A stretch of DNA of 64,000 nt from the NCBI GenBank assembly GCA_964187785.1, contig OZ076410.1:77934001-77998000 (forward strand), given 5' to 3'. A program made the position numbers and the translations under genes. The stretch comes from Amphiscolops sp. MND2022 (Eukaryota). The notes beneath the pieces were generated by a model that ran no database searches, was not told the DNA's origin, and was given only the letters and a program-made list of their open reading frames with translations. Positions within the stretch are counted from its first letter, which is position 1. Every line of letters starts with the position of its first letter. This document shows, piece by piece, positions 13,961-23,899 of this stretch.

Positions 13961-13997
13961 CGACGCGTTGATCGAAAAATTTTCGATCGGCGCGTTG
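13961..13997 (+). other. Strong hairpin followed by CTAG|T (possible Helitron-type 3' end)
   Basis: CGACGCGTTGATCGAAAA A TTTTCGATCGGCGCGTTG pairs fully if G-T is allowed; CTAG starts 2 nt later. Confidence 0.35.
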
Positions 13998-14404
13998 GCT
14001 AGTTGACTGACCAAATACTGCATTCACTATTAGTATATAATTATTTACATATCTATGTATTTTAGGTACAGCACAGAGGAAGAAAATGTACGTTTGCCTG
14101 TTATTTAAATAATATCAGGCTGTTTGTTGGTCTTCTATTTTAGATTTGTTTATGGTAATTCTGACCATCCTGGTCGGTTTTCTCACTTCCTTCTTCAGGC
14201 GTTCCTCTTGTTATATGTATTCCGTGACACCTCTGGGGTCGCGACAACTACATAATATAACCATTTTTGAATATGCCATCATTAAATGAACATTTGTACT
14301 AATGACTATACATCATTATACGTTTTGAGCTTTGTTGAATAATCACAATCATGCGTTTTCTAGTAGTTGAACTATGCGGCATCCTGCGGGTCGATGCCTG
14401 ACGA

Positions 14405-14760
14405 CATTACAAGACACAACTTTCAAAGTGCGCGTAAATTTACGTGTCTAAAATGCATAAGTATTCCTTATAAGCCAATTTGCATTGAAGTATAAGTATT
14501 ACTGATACTTTTTCCACTTGTTAATACATGGGAAATGTATCAAGTTTCCTTATATCTAACTGTTTTCAGGATTCCTTATAAACTGTATACTAAGGACTCA
14601 AAAACTTTTCACCCATTTTATAAGTTTTACTAATAAGTATTCTTGATACTTTGTATTAATAATCCTAATGCGCTTGAAATTTTATTGAAAATAGGATTCC
14701 TTATACGATTTGCGAATATTCTTAGAATTCCTGATTTCAAATATAGTATCCAAGGTACTA
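14405..14760 (+). mobile_element. Terminus of a CATTACA-family DNA transposon with GGATTCCTTATA subterminal repeats
   Basis: Starts CATTACAAGACACAACTTTCA, as at 33747. Similar (A/G)GATT(C/T)CTTATA repeats lie inside the 50328 end. Confidence 0.55.
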
Positions 14761-15574
14761 TTAATTTGGTATTAACCAGCCAATGACATCGCATTTGTTT
14801 TGGATGAAATATTTTTTAACGAAAGCATCACATGACGTTTGAGTAACTTCGTCGTCCATGTACTTTCAATACTCTATTTGATTGAAAAGGTTGAGATCAG
14901 GTGAAACAACTAATTATTTTTCTATTTTTTTCTAGTGGTTAGCTTTATAATACATGAATGTCTGCTAAGTAGCTAATTTGCATGTTTGGCTATGTTAGTT
15001 AGGCTCTTTAATTATCAGAATTTGCTTCTAGTCTTAGAGTTACATGCTTGCATGTTCTAGTTGTTAAGTTTTTATCGTTCATGTATTGGGAAGGTGTTTG
15101 CCAACTCAAACACCCATACAAAACTAACTTCGAATCCACTTAGGCTACTGGTTATGTTACATGAATTCCCGGTGTTCCTGGGTGTCGCAAAAAGGGTTGC
15201 TCGATCTCAGACGTCATCTTCGTTGATGTGTGTCCTGGGACGTCATCATTCGTGATGTCTGTAGTTAATGTCGTTTACATGTTTTTTAGGACTACGTTAT
15301 GGAAACTTCAAGTAATTCGCTGCGAAGATGAATTGTAAGAAATGGTTGTCATTTTTGACTGTAGTACGTCTTGTGTTATTTGCCTTGGATCCCTTAGCTT
15401 TTCCCAAAACGAGGCGAAGCCTACGAACTATTGGCAGGATGGAAGGGGTCAGGCGTTCGTGGTTTGTTATTCTTGGTAGTTGTAAGGATTACCGTGTTTG
15501 GCTTTGGGTGAGTGTCCGACTTGTTAAGTAGTTCTTTTCCCTTTGTTAAATTGTTTTTGTTCGTTATTTGGAAA

Positions 15575-15711
15575 GGTTTTTGTCGTCACAAAAACCTCAT
15601 ACAAAACTAACACCGAATCCACTTGCTAAAGAGCAAGCTTCATCTGATTATGTTCGACCAACCACACAGACGCGCTTTTGACGACGCACCCACATAGCCG
15701 ACACCACTATG
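15575..15711 (+). repeat. Conserved structured non-coding repeat 'R', copy 1
   Basis: Inverted copy at 20964-21098 shares a 50-nt identical core. Third copy at 40402-40545. Its upstream flank recurs at 29430-29560. Confidence 0.9.
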
Positions 15712-16778
15712 CTTTTAACCGGAAGTTATGAGGCCGTGACTGTTTCAGTAAGACTATATGTAAGCAGCTATCTAGCGGTTTATTTTGATTGGTGTGTATT
15801 TCTTTCAGTTCGATTGCATTTTTGCTGTAGTTTACATAAGTACCTGCAGAAATTGTGGGACAATTTCCTTTGACTCGGTTCATCATGTTTTTCGGTGAAA
15901 TGCATAAATTATTAGCTATTAGTGGACGGATTACATGTAATTTGGTTTTGCGGTAGGGAGGTGACAACTGATGGTACGCGTTGTTGCTAGCGTGAATTTG
16001 TCCCCGTATATCACAACTACACCTATATCACTGTCGGAACGACTGAGTTGTCACGTTTGGAAAATTACTTGTTAGATGTGAATAATTTATATTTTGCTGA
16101 GGATGATAATAGATATAAGGTATTGAACGGTTTTGTTGCATGACGTATTTAAAGATAGGTATGTGATATATGTTTCATGGATTTGTTAAAGACTCCTGTT
16201 GTTTAGTAGCAATTGAGGGTTCTAACGACTAAGACGTGCAGTGGTACATTTTACATTAACAAGAACAGTAACTTCTAGAGATTCTAGATTAGAAGAAGCC
16301 TCTAATTTTACCTCTAATTTATGTGTGTCATTTGACGACTTATGCGTACGGTCGTTTCTTGTAATTTTACATATTCTATAATATGTCGTTCAATGGGACC
16401 AATACAACTAAGCATAGTATTCATCGTTAGTGTTGGCAATTGCAGGGATAGTTGAAATTAATTCTAGTGATACTGAGTTAAACGAATCATGTTACATGTT
16501 ATTTTTAACGGGAGGGTAGGAGACCTTCATTTTGGTTATATGTAAATTTTGTCAGACTGAGTGGCGATTCTAGGTTTAGGAAGAAAGTTGAAATCGTTGA
16601 CTTTCAACGGTGACGCCTGAGCTTTTCAGTCATAGTACTTTTTGTACTTATGGTAACCTCGGATTATGTTGCTGTTTGGCATGATAACAGTATTTGTAAA
16701 ATTCAAATTCAAATTCAAAGTTTTTCAATAACTGTAAAATACAATAGATAACAAATAAAAGTTTTAGGTTTTTCGTCA

Positions 16779-19209
16779 TCAGTTGAACATTTTCCATGCT
16801 GCAGGATCACCGTAGTCGAAAAGAACTTGTGTGAAAGGCGGGAGGTCTCTGAGTGCAACCAATGCCACTTTTCTAGGCTTTTGAGGAAGCTTACGGCAAA
16901 CAATTTCTACCAAGCGGGCTGTGCATATCTTCGTCCTCAGCCTTGAGTGATTGCAGAGCCTACCGAGGCACAATTGTCGGGGATGGTCAGGACAGTCCTC
17001 ATTGGATGCATCGACAAGACGCTTAATATCTGTGGTAACTTCTATTATGTAGGACATGTCTCGGCCTGTTCTTGCAGCGTACGATGCAGCGTCCTTTTCG
17101 TCAACAAGACAGCCGTGGTAATCGCAAATGACGTCGCCCTTTTTATAAGGTTTCAGGGTCATCACGCCACGACCCATATCAGGATATGTGACACAGGTGA
17201 TCCCGTCCCACGTCTGCCTGCCCTCACGGTGCAAGAAGTCATACTGCCAACCCTCGTTGTTAGGGACACTGCTTCTGTACTCCAAGTTGGGATTGAAGGG
17301 TGCACCTCGGGGTTTTCGAGCGCTTTTCCCTTCCCGGTAGTCCAATAGTGCTTTATGAAGCTTTGACTTCATTTTACCGTCTGTCCATGACCCAACTTTG
17401 CAAGTGTTCCACCCGTGTCGGAATGCATGGCCAAAGAAATTGGCGTAGTCCGTTTCCGGACTTGCTTTCACTCGAAACTCATCAGCAAATGCTTCAACCT
17501 GCGTGGAGAAGCGCTCAGTCCTTAGCGTCTGCAATCGACTAGTGACCAATTTTGTCAAATCCTCAAAGTTGACAGTTCTATCAATTGAATTGTATATGAT
17601 ATTGGAGACATGCTGCACTGGCGGAAAGAGTTCATCGGGCTTGTATGTTGAAGGAGTCTTCAGCCTGACGATTCGTTTGAGAGCAAAATTCTCATCTCTG
17701 CAGTTCTGTCTCAGCTGTAACAAGCAAAAAATGAAAAACAATAGAACAAAATTAAACCAGAGACTTTAACTTATCTTGCAAAAAAAGGAAAAAAAAATCA
17801 AGTTAAATAATTCCGTCGAATGACAAGAGCTTCAGTGAAATCGGTAGAGTATTAGGTTTTATTCATCATTTATGTTTTGTCCTTTTGGTTCTTTGATATG
17901 TAGTCTTCATATTCGATGTACTCTTAGACTCACTTTTATCATCTCTTTCTTTGACTTATCACGAAAGTTGATAGCGGAATTCCCAGTAGAATTGAAGAAG
18001 AAAGGTTCTGTCCAAACCAGGTTCTCACTTCCCGGAAATCGTGTTTGCATCTGAGGTACTCCAATTTTAGGTTTGAAATTCGGACGTACGTCTAAATAGT
18101 AGACTTGTAGGCTCCTACCCACTATCCAAGATATTGTGTGCGATCTACAAAACAAACAAAAGAACCCATGAGCTATTCTTTAGGCTTAGACGCTATCAGT
18201 TTCCCTAAACAAACTTTTCTTCACTGAAGTATTTCAAGGCAATCATTCTCTTGAACGATAGTATCGTCACTGAAATGTTCCAAGGCAACAACTTTTTTGT
18301 AACAATTTTTCATTACCTATAACCACCAGGTGTCCTCGTGTTTGCGCAGGTTAAAGTCACTGTCCCTCGAGTTTCTGCCTTTGCCTGAAGATCCGGGATT
18401 GTCTGCGCAAACAAGTTAACGGTAAGGGTTTCAAGTTCGGCTGTTGAACATTTTGGTTCTGCGACCTCCATCAGGTACACAATTATCAAATTGTGTAACG
18501 TCTTTCTGTCAGTGAAGGAGAGGCGAGATGAAAACTCGAACTGCTCCACTAAGTCTCTCATGAGATCTTCGCATGCATCGGTTGGAAACGCTCGATTCTG
18601 GACAAAAGCGAAATTTATGCTCCTGACGAAACTCTCTGCATTGACTTTTTGTCGTTTCGAAGCATGTGCTAACTCCTCGTTTTCTTCTTCAACCTCGCAC
18701 AGTTTTCGTTGTTGCTTCCTCTGAACTTCAGAAAGAACTTGCTGAACCGGATCGTGCTCTGAAGCAGGTTGGAGCTGGCACTGAGTTGAAGTGATGGCAT
18801 TCATTGTCAGCTCACTCGGTGTTGCAATAAAGTCGCCTATCATTGAATCGGTCAGCTGTGGAAGGGAGGTACTTGGGTTGAGTGGCGTCGTTGGTGGAAG
18901 AAGCATCTGGTATTCGAAAGAAGCATCTACAGGCAGTGTTTTAGTCTGAGGAGTAGCAGGCGGCGTTGGGAGAATTTGAGAGACCCCTCTCAGCAAGAGC
19001 GAAGAAGTACTTAAGACGGGAGTTTGAGAGAAGATAGGTTGAGGGAGAGAATGTGAACGCTCCAACGTTGTTAATTGAGAATCTCCATTCTCAGAAGCCA
19101 TTTCTTCCGCGGTTTTAGCGAAATTTGACTCGGTGGTGCTCATCATATTAGTTGAAGTCACACAAGGAACGAAGTTTTCATATTGAAGAACAGGAGTTTG
19201 TTGGCTCAT
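16779..19209 (-). CDS. Three-exon SET-domain lysine methyltransferase (PR-Set7/SETD8-like), ~679 aa, intact
   Basis: Exons 19209-18317, 18144-17934 and 17714-16779 with GT-AG sites and phases 2/0 total 2040 nt in frame. Motifs GRGV, CDYHG, LGRLCNHSR, VLFDYGD; no post-SET Cys cluster. Confidence 0.85.
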
Positions 19210-19569
19210 ATCGAAATGTAAATTTTTGTAGATTAAAACAGCAGTTTTCAATCGCAAGTGTTTGATAGACAGGAAGGAAGGTAGGAATGATATTTACGTT
19301 GAAGATCAATCAGTATATCTAGTAGGCTCAATTCGCACGTGGTCAGTTGTATTCACGCCCGAATTTGAGTCGACTCTTAATTGATTACAATTACCCATAG
19401 CTACTAGTGTGATCGATTGCCTAATAGTTTTGACATCAACCGATGAACTCTTTAGGCTAATTACTAATGAAATGATAATTATTAAAGAGATGAATCAATT
19501 GAGGAAATCAATTAATTCTATTTTTGAGTTTTGAAAGTATCAATTGAAGTTGGCAATATTTAAACGAAT

Positions 19570-20710
19570 TGGACTAATAAGCATTGATCACGGTACAAAT
19601 ACTCATTGACAACTGATAGTCCCAGTTATTATCATATTAATATTTAAATGCATCGTAATTAGAAACATCATAATGGTGATGAGTATATTTGACGACTGAA
19701 TGTTTCGATCATGTTTACATGTAATGAACTAAATGTGTACATGTTGAAATATAATAAAATACATCATCACTTAACAAGGAATGAAAATGACGACTGCGGG
19801 AGCATTTTATCAATTCCCCCCCCCAAACTGCGGCGGGGGGAAATAAGACACAAGGTTCAAATTCCATTATGTCGACATCGTTTGCGTTGAAATTTTGGTC
19901 CAATAAAATAATTGATGTCGACATAATCCTACCCATTACATTGACTGTCAGTTAAAACTTGCTCATTAGATTTTATCACGGAGAAAATTTGCTTGAAATA
20001 GGGGCCCTTTTATACTATTGTATCTTGTTCCAAGCGTGAATTTTTGCTGTTTTGGACAATAATATCAAAAAGTTATGGCAATTTTTTTACCTGAAGCCTG
20101 ACACTGAGTGTCCAAACAGTTGTAGAGACAATCCTCTAAGTATTTACTTTCATTTAATATTCTCTTATTAGTGAAATATGTTTATTCCAGAAGAAAATGA
20201 GCTTTCGTGTTGGGGGGGATTCCTAACAAGGAATTAGTGCCCTGGGGGGGGATGAATTGATGACATGGTCCCCACTAGGTATTCCAGTCCTACATGTGTG
20301 GATACTTGGTTAAATATGAAATTCAATGCACCGAACTGGTGAAATGAGTTATTGACGATTGATAGTTCCAGTCATGACTGCATGTATATATAAACGAATC
20401 GGACTAATAAGCATTGAAAATTAACAACGTCATCCCTACGTAATTGGAAAAATCATCCGATCTAAAATTAAAGATCACATAAAAATAATGAAGGTGTCCT
20501 ACACTTTCTCAAACCTACATGAACCATATAAATTACACTGAGTCCTGCTAGAAAGCGAAGCCAACCGAAATCATAACTGAGGACCGCTATTCACAGTCGT
20601 CACGCTTGCAGTTGAACGGGAATCATAGGAATTACCAATACTGTCCTATTCAGCTAACGCGCTTAGCAAGCTTCCGATAATAGCGACAACGAATACCTCT
20701 AGTTGTCAAC
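19570..20710. repeat. Dispersed AT-rich repeat family 'D' (GACGACTGATAGT(T/C)CCAGT modules)
   Basis: Homologous to 22643-22944 and 31100-31520. Segment 20470-20710 is an inverted match to 32890-33119. Confidence 0.85.
19797..20277. mobile_element. Degraded MITE-like insertion splitting a D repeat
   Basis: Imperfect inverted ends (GGGAGCATTTTATCAATTCCCCC / rc GGGACCATGTCATCAATTCATCCCC). The host D sequence resumes after it. No TSD seen. Confidence 0.4.
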
Positions 20711-20963
20711 GAAATTCCGCATCACAAAAAATACATGTAATCATCACTACACGCTCTGCTAGTTTATGCAATTCATGTGAATAAAAACTCCAACCACACT
20801 CAAAAGGAAGTGCCCTACATTTTCTGACCCTTTAACTTGCCGAACGAGAACACAAATCTCAACCACAATTCACGCAGTCCCGAAAGTTACCACCGTGACG
20901 ACTTAGCTGGTTCGATAAGGTTAGACCCGTTAAACCTAAACCACTGCTCCTTCCCAGGAAAAT

Positions 20964-21098
20964 CATAGTGTCGTCGACTGTGTGGGCTCGTCGTTAAAAG
21001 CGTGTCTGTGTGGTTGTGCGTAACATTCAGATGAAGCTTGCTCTTTAGCAAGTGGATTCGGTGTTAGTTTTGTATGGGTTTTAGTGACGACAAAAACC
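20964..21098 (-). repeat. Repeat R, copy 2 (inverted relative to copy 1)
   Basis: Direct reverse-complement alignment to 15575-15711. Confidence 0.9.
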
Positions 21099-22379
21099 TC
21101 TTCCCTATAAACGAAAAGTTCGAACGACGAAAATCTTCAGTAGTCACTACGCCCGACAGAAACGAGATTCAAACCAAATAACTTTTGACTATAAGAACGG
21201 TGTTTGTAAAACGCATGCAACGACTAAGCCTAACAGACGTCAGCAAAAAAAAACTTCACGAGTGACTTCACCCAGGAAACGCAAATTAGAAACATTAACG
21301 CCAAAAAACAACGCGCCTTCAAGACGTACATGTAAATTAAAACAACTGGTCCATTTACAGAAACACCGAACTTAACTTATATCACAAGTGACGACTGATA
21401 ATCACCGTCATCACAATTCAAAACTACCGGTCGTAGCGTGATTCGCTCCCAACCGGTTGACGAATGACATGAAACAGTACATCCTACGCTAAATTGTTGC
21501 AATTTGAGAAAACGACAGTAACATGCAGTCGTTACACCCGCGTATCAAAAAGAACAAAGTATACGAAACACACTATTGCGTAAAGACCAATGGACATGGG
21601 TTAACCCATTTCCCATTGATCAGCTTCTAAAAACTGACACACATCATAATGATGACGTCATAAACACCAAGTATTTAGACAAAATTACATACAAACGCAT
21701 GAAGTCATGCAACCTTGGCAGCATCCCTAATATTCTACAAATCAATCACTGTGTCCTTAGTCCAAAAAACGCAATACAAAACACGTCATGGCAACGTTCT
21801 AGATCATGCAACCGGGAAACTTGCAAATCGGTCGACTCACAATGACGTAAACAGATACCTAAACTTTGATAGCAATACATGTACTGTGCGAATAGACAAT
21901 AACGTCGTTTACCATAACGCGTCATATAACTAATCAGAAGGAATAACCTCCGAAATTAGCAATTAACGCTGTGAGTTACACTACGTCAGATATAAGCGGC
22001 TTTCCGAATGGACAGGACTGCAAAGCTGAAGATGGTAATTAAACATCACCATGAAAAACAGTTGGAAAGAAGTTGGAAAAACTATAAACTTTTGTGCTAT
22101 TCAATGTCATAATTATGCCAAGTGAATACCCCAGTGGCTTGGATTTTCCAGAGCGTTCGTTTGTTTTTTTTTAATTTTTCAAAGAATGAACTGAAAGCAA
22201 AACTTCTTAAGGACAGTAACATGCAGTTGTCACCTCTACCAGACAATTAAGTCGTGACACACTTGTTCTTACTGGTGATTCGTAGGCTTCGCCTCGCGTC
22301 AGAAAGAACAAGGCCCTTAAACACATTTCAATCAATTGATCAACACATTGATCAATGAGTCTGACACACATCACGAGTG

Positions 22380-22566
22380 ATGACGTCAAAAGACACACAT
22401 CAGTGAAGATGAGGTCTCACCACAAATGCTTAATCTTGTACCGTCGTAAACCTTAAGTTTAAACCTTAAGTTCAACTTAAGGTTTAAACTTAAGGTTTAA
22501 GACGGTACAAGATTAACCATTTGTGGTGAGAACTCATCTTCACTGATGTGTGTCTTTTGACGTCAT
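22380..22566. repeat. 187-bp palindrome (93-bp arms, 1-nt centre at 22473, 3 mismatches)
   Basis: Arms compared base by base. Centre built from AAACCTTAAGTTT units. Confidence 0.95.
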
Positions 22567-22719
22567 TAGTCCGATTCGTTCGAATATACGTGCAGTCAGG
22601 ACTGGAACTATCAGTCGTCAAAAACTCATACGACGGTTTAAGTTAAACCGTCGTATGAGTTTTTGACGACTGATAGTTCCAGTCCTGACTGCACGTATAT
22701 TCGAACGAATCGGACTAAT
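22565..22719. repeat. 155-bp perfect palindrome (77-bp arms, 1-nt centre at 22642)
   Basis: Arms are exact reverse complements. Confidence 0.95.
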
Positions 22720-22944
22720 AAGCATTGATAACGGTACAAATACTCATTGACGACTGATAGTCCCAGTTATTATCATATCAATTTTTAAATGCATCGTAAT
22801 TAGAAACATCATAATGGTAATGAGTGTATTTGACGACTGAATGTTTCAGTCATGTTTACATGTAATGAACTAAATGTGTACATGTTGAAATCTAATAAAA
22901 TACATCACGGTGAAAGGAATGAATATGACGACTGTGTATTCCAG

Positions 22945-23400
22945 TGTCGGAATGACCATTGGCACTGGGCTTTGCCATGTTAAATCCATTCCCTTCTCTA
23001 TGATTAGAGGATATCTGTTGTGTCAGTGCGAGAACTAAGTCAGTCAGTTCTCCAATTTGTCTATTCATCTCGTAGAATCTCTGATCGATCACGTTCCTTT
23101 CAACGTTATTTCGGTCGTTTAGGAGATTATCACTATCTAACTCCGTCAAATGGCAGTCGTGATGGACTTTGAGAATCATCCATGTAGATTTTTGCAAGCG
23201 AGTGTGTTCTCGGAAGCATGAACAACTTTCATTAACGGCAATGGCGGGAAACAAGAGTAGAGAATAGTAGGTTGTTTGTTTAAGCATTTGTGTAGCCACG
23301 TCGTCCTGTTGTGCGTCTTGTGGTATTTGTTTACTCAGGCAGATTCGTATCACTTATCGGCAGTTAAATGATTTGAGAGTGCTAGAGTTTGAAAATCAGT
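22945..23400 (-). mobile_element. Gypsy LTR fragment with Gag N-terminal coding (IDQRFYEMNRQIGELTDLV), ending ...TCCGACA
   Basis: Peptide homologous to 48080-48401. The host D repeat resumes immediately past the CA end. The far boundary is uncertain. Confidence 0.65.
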
Positions 23401-23899
23401 CGAGTTGTAATCAGTTTCTGTGAATTGTTCCTGTTTATTGTCTTTACATTATACAGTTGTAGTTGTCCATTCTTACTTCCTTTGCAAAGTAACTGCGCTG
23501 CTCATTTCTCTACCGACGACTTTTTTGGTTTCATTCAGCTGATGTTTTTTGCCGGTGGGTGCTAAGGTAGTGGGGGTGTTGAATTCTGAACATCATATTT
23601 CTTCGTTGGGGGATTGCACTTTTTTTTGTTTTTATTGATATCGTGATCTGAAGCTCGGCTACATTTTGATCGGCATGTACACATGCCTTTAACGTTTGGG
23701 TTATAATTAGTATAAAAACCGCTGTTGGATGTCCAGGTCATTTTGGGTAGGCCTGTTTGGGTAGGGTTTGGGTCCCATCATAACAAATGTGAAATAATTG
23801 ATCAGTTTATCTCAACTTGTGATGGAGAAATGAGCTACTGTAGTCGTCATCGATCGTGATATTCAGTGGTTATTCGGTTATTGTTGATCTGTACTCCTT

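Noticed and set aside
15575-15711. RSS-like signals (nonamer ACAAAAACC and heptamer-like CACTATG) in repeat R
   Set aside because: Spacing is over 100 bp rather than 12/23, the orientation is wrong, the nonamer is lost in copy 3, and there is no TSD at CACTATG.
21028-21060. Hammerhead ribozyme core (CAGATGA plus stem) in R
   Set aside because: The core needs CTGANGA and GAAA; both are mismatched in all copies.
22447-22500. TTAAGG repeats as telomeric sequence
   Set aside because: The unit is 13 bp (AAACCTTAAGTTT), not TTAGGG or TTAGG, and there are only four copies.
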